A DNA stretch of 64,000 nucleotides from Tolumonas sp. (lineage in GTDB: Bacteria; Pseudomonadota; Gammaproteobacteria; Enterobacterales; Aeromonadaceae). The first letter of the stretch is position 1; each line of letters opens with the position of its first letter. The translations under genes and the position numbers were made by a program. This document shows positions 46,032 to 56,196 of the stretch, piece after piece. Under the pieces are notes generated by a model, which was given only the letters and a program-made list of their open reading frames with translations, searched no databases and was not told where the DNA came from. The DNA lies in assembly GCA_041915645.1 (NCBI GenBank), contig JAYSBB010000001.1, positions 16,007-80,006 on the forward strand. Reading direction: 5' to 3'.

Positions 46032-47192
46032 TTACGCAACAGCACGTAATTCGGCTGCTTCGTCGCTATCTACGACCAAAATATTGGCTTTGCGGAAGAA
46101 GTTAAACTCGGTTGCTGATGCCCAAGTGTAAGCGCCCATCATCTTCCCAATGATCACGTCACCCACATTCAGCGCAGGCAGATCGATATCATCGGCCAAT
46201 ACGTCGATGCTGTCACAGGTCGGGCCTGCCAGTACGGCTGGTAGCGCTTCGCCGGTTGCATAAGGGGCAGACTTTGGATAGTTGATATGATCAAACAGTT
46301 GACCGCTGTAGCTGCCATATAAACCATCATCCAGGTAATACCACATGCGGCCAAAGCGTTCCGCTTTACCCATGACGCTGGCAACAGAAGTCATGCAAGG
46401 TGCGGAAATGAAACGACCTGGTTCTGCTAACAGGCGGATACCTTCCGGTGTGTTGCTCAATGCTTCACGGATCGGTGCACAAAATTCGTAAATATCCAGA
46501 TCGGCGCCATCAGCACCGTAATTCACCGGGAATCCGCCACCGATATCGAGCACTTGCAGGTTAATATTTTCAGCTGCAGCATCACGGATCAACTGATTAC
46601 AAGCAGTGATCGCTTCCACGTGGCGACGAGAGTTTGGCACTTGTGAGCCAACATGGAATGACAGGCCGATAACATTAAGACCTAACTCTTTGGCTTTACG
46701 CAGCAAAGGCAGTGTGGCTTCTGGTGTGCAGCCAAACTTCTTCGACAGGTCAACTTTACTTTCCGGGTTAGGGAAGCTGACGCGTAATAGCAGCTGTGCT
46801 TTGTCTTGATAAGGAATGAACTTTTCCAGTTCAATCGGGTTATCAAATACGAAAACTTTACAGCCGTAATCTAAAGCGTAACTAATATCACCATCACGCT
46901 TGATAGGGTGAGTATGAATACAATCGTCCGGATTGATCTGATTTTCTAACATCAGATCGACTTCACCGTTCGTAGCTAAATCGAAACAACAGCCTTCGGC
47001 TTTTAAAGTGGCAACTACCGCTGAATGGGGCAGCGGTTTTAAAGCATAATGCATGCGAACGCCGGGCAGGGCTTTCACTAAAGCGCGATATTGTTTACGG
47101 ACAGCGGCTTGATCCAGGACCAGCAACGGTGAACCATAGGTTTCTACCAGGTCGCGGTAATCCAGTTCAACAGGGACGATTTCGTTATTCAT
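46032..47192 (-). CDS. Group IV (beta/alpha-barrel) PLP-dependent ornithine/lysine decarboxylase
   Basis: HYALK (PLP Lys), KFG, HVGSQ, DIGGGF, EPGR, GPTCDS, MGAYT. Confidence 0.9.
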   Translation of the reverse strand: MNNEIVPVELDYRDLVETYGSPLLVLDQAAVRKQYRALVKALPGVRMHYALKPLPHSAVVATLKAEGCCFDLATNGEVDLMLENQINPDDCIHTHPIKRDGDISYALDYGCKVFVFDNPIELEKFIPYQDKAQLLLRVSFPNPESKVDLSKKFGCTPEATLPLLRKAKELGLNVIGLSFHVGSQVPNSRRHVEAITACNQLIRDAAAENINLQVLDIGGGFPVNYGADGADLDIYEFCAPIREALSNTPEGIRLLAEPGRFISAPCMTSVASVMGKAERFGRMWYYLDDGLYGSYSGQLFDHINYPKSAPYATGEALPAVLAGPTCDSIDVLADDIDLPALNVGDVIIGKMMGAYTWASATEFNFFRKANILVVDSDEAAELRAVA

Positions 47193-47590
47193 TGTATGTT
47201 TACACCTCACAAAAGGGCCACGGCCCTGTCACCAGTGATACGTTCTGTCCTATCAGGCGGAACGCGATGCTTTATAAAAAATCCGGCGCATTATCGGGCT
47301 TTTGTGTGACAGTGCAATAACTAATTCACTCTATTTATTATGCAAAGGCTTCTCATCGTGAATACTCAGCATTAAAGGTGGGAATATGTGTGGTTTTTTG
47401 GCGAAAAAATCTGACAAAATAGCCTTTATTCGGATTTTTGCTTGTTGAATTGTCGGTTTTTGGCGGTAAATAAAGAATATTCTGATAAATTCCTATGCAT
47501 AAAAATTTTTGCTCATAAAGATAAATAGCATAGGAATGATGAAAATTGCCATTCATCCAAAGGGGTCTGAATGGCAACAAAAAACGTCGA

Positions 47591-48439
47591 TTAACCTTCT
47601 GAATTATGCGACTTTATTTCCCAATTGGCTTGCGGTGTCATGGCTAATAAAGAGCACAATTCTGGCAATAGTTTTTGCAACTGCTGTTCAAATTGCCATG
47701 GTGGATTAAAAATGGCCATGCCTGAACCGTGCATGCCCCAAGTCGGCGATTGGGCTTGCACACTTAACTCGGCGGTGAGCATTGGAATACCTAATTTTTG
47801 ACATTCACTGAGCATGTGCTGACTGCGATCGGCTTCTTTACCCAGCAATGGATACCAGACTGCATACATACCCACTGGCCAGCGTCGCCACGCTTTGGCT
47901 AGTGACTTAACCACACGATCGTAATCTTCTTTCAGCTCATACGGTGGGTCGATTAATACTAGGCCGCGACGAGGTGTTGGCGGTGTGAGTGCGACCACCC
48001 CTTCAAAACCATCACGATGATGTAATGCCACACGTGGGTCGCGGTGCATGTGCTGACGCAGAATATCAATTTCGTTGTTATGCAATTCCATCAGGATCAG
48101 ACGATCTTGTTCGCGCAATTGAGCACGTGCGATCTCGGGTGAGCCGGGGTAATAATGCAATGTATCACCATTATTGAGTGCCGCCACACAATCGAGATAG
48201 CTTTTCAGCACCGGCCATTGTTCCCGTTGTGGCCAGAGACGGGCAATGCCATCGAGATATTCGGCTTTTTTATTTGCCCATTCCCCGGTGAGGTCGTAAC
48301 AGCCGCCACCCGAATGGGTGTCGAGATAACAAAACGGTTTGTCTTTTTGTTTCAGCTGGTCGATCAATAAACTGATCACTGCATGTTTTAAAATATCGGC
48401 ATGATTGCCGGCATGAAACGCGTGGCGATAACTAAGCAT
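47591..48439 (-). CDS. rlmJ: 23S rRNA m6A2030 methyltransferase RlmJ
   Basis: MLSYRHAFHAGNHAD, YPGSP, DPPYE. Confidence 0.97.
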   Translation of the reverse strand: MLSYRHAFHAGNHADILKHAVISLLIDQLKQKDKPFCYLDTHSGGGCYDLTGEWANKKAEYLDGIARLWPQREQWPVLKSYLDCVAALNNGDTLHYYPGSPEIARAQLREQDRLILMELHNNEIDILRQHMHRDPRVALHHRDGFEGVVALTPPTPRRGLVLIDPPYELKEDYDRVVKSLAKAWRRWPVGMYAVWYPLLGKEADRSQHMLSECQKLGIPMLTAELSVQAQSPTWGMHGSGMAIFNPPWQFEQQLQKLLPELCSLLAMTPQANWEIKSHNSEG

Positions 48440-48444
48440 TCAAT

Positions 48445-50379
48445 TTAATCCTGAGTTGCTACTTCGGCAGCAAATTGTTGTTCCATTTGTTCCAGCTGTT
48501 CGGAGATTTCCATCCACTCCAACTCGACTTGTTCCAGTTCGTTTTTTAACGGGCCTTGCTGCGCCAGCAAACCGGTCAGTTTGGGTTTTGCATCATCCTG
48601 ATAGATGGCTGGATCAGACAGCTCGGTTTCAATATCTGTTAATGCCTGTTGCAGTTTTGCCATCTGTTTTTCATGTTTTTCCAGCTTTTGGCGCAATGGG
48701 CGGATCTGCTGGCGGAAATCAGCTTCCCGACGTTTCAGATCTTTTCGTGCTGTCGCACTTTGTGGTGCTGCTGGTGTGTTGCTAGTGGCTTTAGTTTCGT
48801 TCTGATTTTTATCTTGTTCGGTCAACCATTTATGGTAGTCGTCTAAGTCACCATCAAAGGCTTCCAAGCGTTGTTGGTGTACCAGATAAAATTCATCGGT
48901 CGTAGTGCGTAGTAAATGGCGATCGTGCGAGACGATAACCATGGCGCCTTCAAAGCCCTGCAATGCCAATGTCAGTGCTTCACGCATTTCGAGATCTAAA
49001 TGGTTGGTTGGTTCATCCAATAACAGTAAATTCGGTTTTTGCCAGACCAGCAATGCCAGCACTAAGCGCGCTTTTTCACCGCCGGAGAAGGTATCCACTA
49101 CTTCCAGCGCTTTATCGCCATGAAAACCAAAACCACCTAAATAATTACGTAGTTCCTGTTCCGGACGGTTACCGGCGATGCGCGTCAGGTGCTGTAATGG
49201 CGTATCGCCTTGCTGCAATGATTCCAGCTGATGCTGGGCAAAATAACCGATCTTGACGCCTTTGCTGGGTTCCAACTTGCCAGACAGCGGTGTCAGTTCA
49301 CCGGCCAGCAATTTGATAAATGTCGATTTACCGGCACCATTGCGACCCAGCAAGCCAATGCGTGAGCCAGGGACTAAGTTCAGTTTAATTTTTTGCAGGA
49401 TCAGTTTATCGCCATAACCGGCGCTGAGATTTTCCATACTGATCAGCGGGGTTGGCAGTGCATCCGGTTCACGGAACTGGAACTGAAATTGCGAATCGAC
49501 ATGCGCCGGCAGGATCAGTTCCATACGCTCCATTGCTTTCAGACGACTTTGCGCCTGACGGGCTTTGGTGGCTTTATATCGGAAGCGATCCACGTAATCT
49601 TGCATCTTACTCAGTGCGAGTTGCTGCTTTTCATACATCGATTGTTGTTGTGATAAGGCCGATGCCCGTTGGATTTCAAAGTCAGAATAACCGCCGGTAT
49701 ATTCATTCAACTTGTCATTTTCGATATGAATGATGCGATTAATGACGCGATCGAGAAAATCACGATCGTGAGAGATCAAGATCAATGTACCGCGATAAGA
49801 GCGTAACCAGCTTTCCAGCCAGATCACAGCATCTAAATCTAAGTGGTTGGTGGGTTCGTCGAGTAACAGTAGATCGGAACGACAGATCAGCGCTTGTGCT
49901 AAGTTCAAACGCATACGCCAACCACCAGAAAATGCCGAGACCGGTTGCTGATGTTGTTCGCTGCTGAAGCCCAGACCATGCAACAGTTCGCCAGCACGCG
50001 AACGAATGGTGTAAGCACCGGCGGCATCTAAATGACCATGTAATTCGGCAATGCGGATGCCATCGCCTTGTTGTTCGGCTTGCGCTAATTGCTGCTCAAG
50101 GCTGCGAAATTCTTTGTCGCCGTCAATGACATAATCGATCGCAGAACAGCCAAGGGCGGGGGTTTCCTGCGCTACGGTGGCAATTTGCCATTGTGCTGGT
50201 ACAGAAACCGACCCTGCATCAACCGCCAGTTCCCCTTTTAATAAGGCAAAAAAACTGGATTTACCGCAGCCGTTTTTTCCAACTAACCCGACTTTTTGAC
50301 CGGGGTGAATGGTGGCGGATGCCTCTTCTAATAAAGGCTTATTGCCTCGGAGCAGCGTAATTTGAGAAACGATGATCAT
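48445..50379 (-). CDS. yheS: ABC-F family ATPase YheS
   Basis: Two ABC domains (GKNGCGKS, FSGGWRMR; GRNGAGKS, FSGGEKAR), no TM segments, C-terminal coiled coil. Confidence 0.92.
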   Translation of the reverse strand: MIIVSQITLLRGNKPLLEEASATIHPGQKVGLVGKNGCGKSSFFALLKGELAVDAGSVSVPAQWQIATVAQETPALGCSAIDYVIDGDKEFRSLEQQLAQAEQQGDGIRIAELHGHLDAAGAYTIRSRAGELLHGLGFSSEQHQQPVSAFSGGWRMRLNLAQALICRSDLLLLDEPTNHLDLDAVIWLESWLRSYRGTLILISHDRDFLDRVINRIIHIENDKLNEYTGGYSDFEIQRASALSQQQSMYEKQQLALSKMQDYVDRFRYKATKARQAQSRLKAMERMELILPAHVDSQFQFQFREPDALPTPLISMENLSAGYGDKLILQKIKLNLVPGSRIGLLGRNGAGKSTFIKLLAGELTPLSGKLEPSKGVKIGYFAQHQLESLQQGDTPLQHLTRIAGNRPEQELRNYLGGFGFHGDKALEVVDTFSGGEKARLVLALLVWQKPNLLLLDEPTNHLDLEMREALTLALQGFEGAMVIVSHDRHLLRTTTDEFYLVHQQRLEAFDGDLDDYHKWLTEQDKNQNETKATSNTPAAPQSATARKDLKRREADFRQQIRPLRQKLEKHEKQMAKLQQALTDIETELSDPAIYQDDAKPKLTGLLAQQGPLKNELEQVELEWMEISEQLEQMEQQFAAEVATQD

Positions 50380-50524
50380 GACGGGAATAATTCTGCAGCA
50401 AACAAAAGTGCATTATACGGGTAAAAGCCTTATCCGGCAGCTGTTGAATGATAAGCAGAGGATTGTGTTTGGCTGGATTTTTCCGGTATGCTGGTGAGAC
50501 TAGTTGTCATTTTAACCGGGATGC

Positions 50525-51205
50525 ATGATGAAGATTACTCATTTGAGCGTAGTTACGCTGGATTACACCGTGTCTGATACTTCTGGCGAAGTACTGGATA
50601 CCACTGAAGGGCGTGAGCCGTTAGTTTATCTGCATGGCAGTGGCTATCTGGTTCCCGGTTTAGAAAATGCACTGTATGAACGTGCGGCTGGTGACAGCTT
50701 TGAACTGACTGTGCCTGCGGCGGATGCTTACGGTGAATACGAAGAATCATTGGTCCAAGAAGTGCCGGGTGAATTGTTCGACGGTATGGAAGTGGCAGAA
50801 GGCGACACATTTGTTGCTGACACCGATGACGGCCACCGCCCAGTAACTATCGTTGAAGTGTCTGAAAACTTCGTGAAAGTTGATGCCAACCATCCACTGG
50901 CAGGCATGGACTTACATTTTAAAGTAAACGTTCGTGAAGTTCGTGCTGCCACTGCTGAAGAAATTGCACATGGCCATATTCATGGTGAAGAAGGCTGTGG
51001 TCACGGTCACCATCACGAGCATGAAAGTTGTTGCGGCGGTCATGGTCATTCACATGGTGATGATCATGAATGTTGTGGTGGTAAAGGCCATGCGCATGGT
51101 GAGGAACATGAGTGCTGTGGCGGGAAAGGTCATGAACATGATCATCATCATGACGCGGAAGAACCGCATGAATGCTGTGGTGGCCACGGCGGCTGCAGAA
51201 ATTAA
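50525..51205 (+). CDS. slyD: FKBP-type PPIase / metallochaperone SlyD
   Basis: PLVYLHG, VDANHPLAG, EIAHGHIH, His/Cys-rich tail. Confidence 0.97.
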   Translation: MMKITHLSVVTLDYTVSDTSGEVLDTTEGREPLVYLHGSGYLVPGLENALYERAAGDSFELTVPAADAYGEYEESLVQEVPGELFDGMEVAEGDTFVADTDDGHRPVTIVEVSENFVKVDANHPLAGMDLHFKVNVREVRAATAEEIAHGHIHGEEGCGHGHHHEHESCCGGHGHSHGDDHECCGGKGHAHGEEHECCGGKGHEHDHHHDAEEPHECCGGHGGCRN

Positions 51206-51207
51206 GC

Positions 51208-51244
51208 ATAAAAAGAATCCCGCCAAGTGCGGGATTCTTTTTAT
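51208..51244. terminator. Bidirectional terminator between slyD and fur
   Basis: ATAAAAAGAATCCCGC-CAAGT-GCGGGATTCTTTTTAT. Confidence 0.9.
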
Positions 51245-51267
51245 CGGAACAAATTATTGGCTAACCA

Positions 51268-51699
51268 TTATTTCTTACGATTGACGCAGTTTTCTTTACC
51301 GCAGTTACCGTACAGATACAGGCTGTGATGTGTCAGTGTCATGCCATGCGCCGCGGCGATTTCTTTTTGACGTTGTTCAATCACTTCGTCAGAAAACTCG
51401 ACCACACTGCCACAATCCAGACATACCAGATGATCATGGTGATGTTGCTGTGCCAGTTCAAATACGGACTTGCCGCCTTCGAAATGATGACGCGTGACAA
51501 TGCCGGCATCATCAAATTGATTCAGAACCCGATAAACGGTCGCTAAACCAATTTCTTCACCATTATCCAGCAGCAGTTTATAAAGGTCTTCAGCACTAAT
51601 GTGCTGGCATTCCGGCTGGCGCAGGTAATCCAGGATCTTAACCCGCGGCGAAGTGATTTTTAGTCCGGCGTCTTTCAGTTGCTGATTATGGTCTGTCAT
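51268..51699 (-). CDS. fur: Ferric uptake regulator
   Basis: GLKITSPR, GLATVYRVL, HHHDHLVCLDCG. Confidence 0.99.
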   Translation of the reverse strand: MTDHNQQLKDAGLKITSPRVKILDYLRQPECQHISAEDLYKLLLDNGEEIGLATVYRVLNQFDDAGIVTRHHFEGGKSVFELAQQHHHDHLVCLDCGSVVEFSDEVIEQRQKEIAAAHGMTLTHHSLYLYGNCGKENCVNRKK

Positions 51700-51814
51700 A
51701 GCTCTCTGTATTCTTGGGGCAGTTTGAGACTGCAGCGAGTAGGGCTTTCCCCATTATATGGCGCAATTCTAATAAAAAGAAATGTGTTACGGCGATGTTT
51801 GCTCTGTTCTGCAT

Positions 51815-51843
51815 AAAATAAAGCCCGTGAAGGTCACGGGCTT
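51815..51843 (-). terminator. Terminator after fldA
   Basis: AAGCCCGTGA-AGG-TCACGGGCTT then TATTTT on the minus strand. Confidence 0.7.
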
Positions 51844-51862
51844 GGCTGAAGCTGAACAATTG

Positions 51863-52387
51863 TTAGACTAATTCAGACAGACACATTTCTTCGCGTAATT
51901 GCTGACACCAGGCCGCTACACGTTCCGCTGTTTGTTCCGGCTGACGATCTTCATCAATGCCTAAACCAACAAAATGTTTGTCATCTACCAGTGCTTTAGA
52001 GGCTTCGAAATGATAGCCCTCTGTTGGCCAGTAGCCCACAATGGTTGCGCCTTTCGCTACGACGATGTCACGCAACGTGCCCATCGCATCAAGGAAATAT
52101 TCAGCATAATCTTCCTGATCACCACAACCAAAGATGGCAATCAGTTTGGTGCTGAAATCAACTTTTTCCAATTCAGGGAAAAAATCATCCCAGTCGGCCT
52201 GTGACTCACCGTAATACCAGGTTGGAATGCCTAAGATCAGCAAGTCATATTTTTCAAAGTCAGCGCTGGTGCCCTGAGCTACATCCAATACATCAACCAA
52301 ATCGCTGCCCAGTTCTTTCTGGATCATGCCTGCGACTGCTTCTGTGTTGCCGGTATCGCTACCAAAGAACAGACCTATCAGTGCCAT
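51863..52387 (-). CDS. fldA: Flavodoxin A
   Basis: FFGSDTGNT, GIPTWYYG, GCGDQEDY; upstream of fur. Confidence 0.97.
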   Translation of the reverse strand: MALIGLFFGSDTGNTEAVAGMIQKELGSDLVDVLDVAQGTSADFEKYDLLILGIPTWYYGESQADWDDFFPELEKVDFSTKLIAIFGCGDQEDYAEYFLDAMGTLRDIVVAKGATIVGYWPTEGYHFEASKALVDDKHFVGLGIDEDRQPEQTAERVAAWCQQLREEMCLSELV

Positions 52388-52436
52388 AAGGTGAATTATC
52401 CTTGTTCGTCTTCGTCGGAATTCAAAATGCTGGTTA

Positions 52437-52730
52437 CTATTTTAGCTGGCTGGAACGCTGAGTGCTAACGTATTCGCGGACTAACTCCTGAATGAGTTCT
52501 GATCTGCTGATACCACGGGCATCTGCCAACTGATTGAGATCATCCAATGACTCTGCATCGAGTTTGAGTTCAACCCGATGAAGCCCTTTATCCTTATCCC
52601 GTTTTAATTGATTGCGTTTATTTATTTTTAACTGCAAATCACGGGGATGAGGGTTGGTTTTAGGGCGCCCTGGACGTTTTTCGTCAGCAAACAGATCCAG
52701 TGTAGTGCGATCCGAGTGATGTTTTGCCAT
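52437..52730 (-). CDS. ybfE: YbfE ribbon-helix-helix protein
   Basis: MAK..SDRTTLDLF, RPGRPKTNP, SRSELI. Confidence 0.9.
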   Translation of the reverse strand: MAKHHSDRTTLDLFADEKRPGRPKTNPHPRDLQLKINKRNQLKRDKDKGLHRVELKLDAESLDDLNQLADARGISRSELIQELVREYVSTQRSSQLK

Positions 52731-52833
52731 ATATAAAACTACTGCCAGACAAGGTTCAGGTGCGTGCATATCTCAATAGGGGGCGCACTATACCACAATG
52801 TATCGCAAAGCATAACGCGTGATAGCGGGTGTT

Positions 52834-53616
52834 TTATCGGTTTGATTGTTGTAAAAAACGCTCAACAATTCCGTTAAATAAGAGTGGTTTTTCCGCATGC
52901 AGCCAATGGCCGCTACCCGGAATTATTTTGGCGCTGGCGTTTGGGAAGTGCTGAGCTATTGCATGCTGATGTTCCGTTTGCAAATAGTCTGATGCGCCAC
53001 CTTTGATAAACAACACCGGGCCTGAATAGTGCTGTGTAGCGAAAGGCCACCCCATGATATCGGCATAGTGTTGTTGCAATATGTGCAGGTTAAATTGCCA
53101 GTGGGTGGGTTGTGTGTTACTGAAAGATTTTAATAAAAACTGGCGTACAGATGGTTCGGCCAGGTAGTCAGACATGCGCTGTTCGGCCTCTTTTCTGGAA
53201 GTAACTTGTGCGTTAGCAACAGCATTCAAGGCTTTAAACACATTTGTATGTCGGTTTTCTGTATAGGTCACTGGTGCGATATCCGCTACACATAACGAAG
53301 CTACGCGATCGGGTGCTTGTAACGCCACCGCCATCGCCACCTTGCCACCCATGGAATGTCCAAGCAGATGTACTGTAGGCAGGGCAAGTTTATCCAGTAA
53401 ATTGAGAATATCCTCGCTCATCACTTGATAGTTCATCTCAGCATGCCATTCCGACAGCCCATGATTACGTAAATCAACGGTGATCACAGGGCGTTGTAAC
53501 TGCAGCGCTTGTTTGAGTAATCCCAGATTGTCTTGTTTGCCAAATAGCCCATGCAGCAAAACAATCGGTTCTGCTAAAGGATCAGGGAACTCGGTTATCT
53601 GGTAATTAAGCTTCAC
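52834..53616 (-). CDS. ybfF: Alpha/beta-hydrolase esterase YbfF
   Basis: HGLFG, DLRNHG, GHSMGG, GHWLHAEKP. Confidence 0.95.
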   Translation of the reverse strand: MKLNYQITEFPDPLAEPIVLLHGLFGKQDNLGLLKQALQLQRPVITVDLRNHGLSEWHAEMNYQVMSEDILNLLDKLALPTVHLLGHSMGGKVAMAVALQAPDRVASLCVADIAPVTYTENRHTNVFKALNAVANAQVTSRKEAEQRMSDYLAEPSVRQFLLKSFSNTQPTHWQFNLHILQQHYADIMGWPFATQHYSGPVLFIKGGASDYLQTEHQHAIAQHFPNASAKIIPGSGHWLHAEKPLLFNGIVERFLQQSNR

Positions 53617-53928
53617 AGTGTGTCCTTCATCGATTGCTGTAACTTTATATTAACAAATTACTGGATAAATCGTGAGTCGGTCGAATTTAAGCAAATTAAA
53701 GATGGATTTATTCTCTTGGTTAACGAAATCAGAGGATTGGCGTAATCTGGCACCAAAATGAGGGATGAGTCACGAGTGGAGATGAACACAAGTGTACTGA
53801 AATGGAATTTATGCGAGGGTAGTGCTACGGGTCTGAGTAAACACCGTGCACAGGGTTAGGTTTGCTGCTGTGGCTTATGTATAATCCGACCGTTGTCTAT
53901 ATTCAAAAAGTGTCGGAACCGAATAAAA

Positions 53929-54453
53929 ATGAAAACCATTGAGGTTGATGAACAGATCTACCGTTACATAGCCAGCCGTACCTTGCATATTGGCGAGAGT
54001 GCTTCTGATATTTTAAGACGCCTGCTTGCTTTGCCTGCAGATACGAGCATGGAACCAACTGTGTCTGCGGTGCTTGATGAAAAGACGGATGCGGAATCAA
54101 CTACAGAAGCTTCTACAGATGTTTTGACCAAGCTGATCGACGATGCGCAATTAGCGAAAGAAGAGAGTGCAATTGCACGTTTTATGTTAATTCTTTCTGC
54201 CTTGTATCGTGCTCAACCTGAAGTTTTCAGCCGGGGCGCAGACATTAAAGGCCGTAAACGGATCTACTTCGCGGAAGATCCTCAAGCCTTGTTAGACAAT
54301 GGTAAAACCACCAAGCCAAAACCTGTCCCTGAGACCCCTTACTGGGTTATTACTAACACGAATACTGGCCGTAAGCGCTTGATTATTGAGCAGTTAATGC
54401 AGGCCATGGGCTACTCTGCGGAAACGATCGCAGAGGTTTGTAACAAGGTATAA
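53929..54453 (+). CDS. seqA: Replication initiation regulator SeqA
   Basis: MKTIEVDE, HIGESASDILRR, WVITNTNTGRK. Confidence 0.97.
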   Translation: MKTIEVDEQIYRYIASRTLHIGESASDILRRLLALPADTSMEPTVSAVLDEKTDAESTTEASTDVLTKLIDDAQLAKEESAIARFMLILSALYRAQPEVFSRGADIKGRKRIYFAEDPQALLDNGKTTKPKPVPETPYWVITNTNTGRKRLIIEQLMQAMGYSAETIAEVCNKV

Positions 54454-54471
54454 AAGAACAGGAAGTCGTAT

Positions 54472-56121
54472 ATGGCACAACATCCGCACGCAGGTAAACC
54501 AGCTCGCGTTGAAGACCTCACTAATATTCCACGTCTGGTCGCTGCTTATTATCTGAATAAACCTGATATGTCATTACCTGAACAACGTGTTGCCTTCGGC
54601 ACCTCCGGGCACCGCGGTAGTTCGTTGCACAATGCTTTCACTGAATCTCATATTCAGGCTGTCAGTCAGGCTTTGGCTGAATATCGTCAGAGCAAAAGCA
54701 TCTCTGGCCCGCTGTTTATTGGTATGGATACGCACGCATTGTCAGAAGCGGCACTGGCCAGCGCTGTACAGGTATTGGCAGCTAACGGGGTGCAGGTTCG
54801 GATTCAGCAAGGTTTAGGCTATACACCGACTCCTGTTGTTTCGCACGCGATCCTGACTTACAACCGCGCTGGTCATGCAGATCAGGCTGATGGTGTGGTG
54901 ATCACCCCATCACACAATCCGCCGGAAGATGGTGGCTTTAAATATAACCCTCCGCATGGTGGCCCAGCTGAAGGTGATATCACCAAATGGGTGGAAGATC
55001 GTGCGAACCAGATCCTGGAAAATGGTTCTGTTGATGTGAAAGTAATGCCTTATGCCGCGGCGATTGCCTCTGAATTTGTGCAGGAACATGACTACGTTAC
55101 CCCGTATGTGAATGATTTGGGTAATGTGCTGGATATGGAAGCAATTCGTAAATCGGGCATCAAAATTGGTGTTGATCCGTTGGGTGGCGCTGGTGTTGCC
55201 TACTGGGATGTGATTGCGAAAACCTATGGCCTGAATATCGAAGTTGTGAATTATCGGGTTGATCCGACCTTCTCGTTTATGACACTGGATAAGGACGGCA
55301 AAATCCGTATGGATTGCTCGAGCCCTTGGGCGATGGCTAGCCTGATTGGTCTGAAAGACAAATTTGATATTGCATTAGGTAATGACCCGGATTATGACCG
55401 TCATGGTATTGTGACTAAATCAGGTCTGATGAATCCAAACCACTATCTGGCTGTTGCGATCCAATATCTGTTTACCCATCGTCCTAACTGGCCAGCGCAA
55501 GCAGCAGTGGGTAAGACACTGGTTTCTTCTTCCATCATTGATCGTGTGGCCGGTAAAATTGCCCGCAATCTGAAAGAAGTGCCGGTTGGCTTTAAATGGT
55601 TTGTCGATGGCCTGTTTGACGGCAGCTTCGGCTTCGGTGGTGAAGAGAGCGCGGGTGCGTCATTCCTGCGTAAAGATGGCACTGTCTGGACCACCGACAA
55701 AGACGGTTTCATTCTGGCTTTGCTGGCAGCAGAAATTATTGCGGTGACTGGCAAAGACCCGCAGCAGTTGTATGACGCCTTGACCGAAGAATTTGGTGCG
55801 CCAGTGTATCGTCGTATCGATGCGCCAGCGAATACCGCACAAAAAGCTGTATTGTCGAAACTGAGCCCTGATCTGGTTGAAGCAACTACACTGGCCGGCG
55901 AACCGATTCTGGAAAAGCTGACTAAAGCGTCAGGTAACAATGCCGCAATTGGTGGTTTGAAAGTAGTGACCGAGAATGGCTGGTTTGCAGCTCGTCCAAG
56001 TGGCACAGAGTCAATCTACAAGATCTACATGGAAAGCTTCAAAGGCGAAGAACATCTGGATCTGATCCAGAAAGAAGCGCAACAGATTGTTTCTGCTGCG
56101 TTAGCTAAAGCTGGCGTATAG
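54472..56121 (+). CDS. pgm: Phosphoglucomutase
   Basis: [27 protein letters not shown]. Confidence 0.98.
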   Translation: MAQHPHAGKPARVEDLTNIPRLVAAYYLNKPDMSLPEQRVAFGTSGHRGSSLHNAFTESHIQAVSQALAEYRQSKSISGPLFIGMDTHALSEAALASAVQVLAANGVQVRIQQGLGYTPTPVVSHAILTYNRAGHADQADGVVITPSHNPPEDGGFKYNPPHGGPAEGDITKWVEDRANQILENGSVDVKVMPYAAAIASEFVQEHDYVTPYVNDLGNVLDMEAIRKSGIKIGVDPLGGAGVAYWDVIAKTYGLNIEVVNYRVDPTFSFMTLDKDGKIRMDCSSPWAMASLIGLKDKFDIALGNDPDYDRHGIVTKSGLMNPNHYLAVAIQYLFTHRPNWPAQAAVGKTLVSSSIIDRVAGKIARNLKEVPVGFKWFVDGLFDGSFGFGGEESAGASFLRKDGTVWTTDKDGFILALLAAEIIAVTGKDPQQLYDALTEEFGAPVYRRIDAPANTAQKAVLSKLSPDLVEATTLAGEPILEKLTKASGNNAAIGGLKVVTENGWFAARPSGTESIYKIYMESFKGEEHLDLIQKEAQQIVSAALAKAGV

Positions 56122-56135
56122 TTTTTCCTGCTAAT

Positions 56136-56164
56136 AAAAAAGCCCTGATTTTTCAGGGCTTTTT
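56136..56164. terminator. Bidirectional terminator between pgm and sapF
   Basis: AAAAAAGCCCTGA-TTT-TTCAGGGCTTTTT. Confidence 0.88.
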
Positions 56165-56196
56165 GCTATCTGGCATTTTTTGGCACCGACAAAAAA

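Noticed and set aside
47489-47537. 10-bp inverted repeat ATTCCTATGC/GCATAGGAAT and partial ARG boxes upstream of the decarboxylase
   Set aside because: The 29-nt spacer is long, the context is AT-rich, and the ARG-like half sites lack the 21-bp tandem spacing.
53660-53810. Cluster of about six GGA motifs and a 19-codon ORF in the ybfF-seqA gap (possible CsrB-like RNA)
   Set aside because: No regular CAGGA(U/A)G hairpin repeats or terminator, the strand is G-rich anyway, and the ORF lacks an SD.
55443-56006. 187-aa antisense ORF in pgm, and similar long shadow ORFs (2841-3353, 5856-6512, 16474-17055, 58116-58643)
   Set aside because: They lie wholly opposite well-supported genes, have no recognisable motifs and are expected from codon bias.
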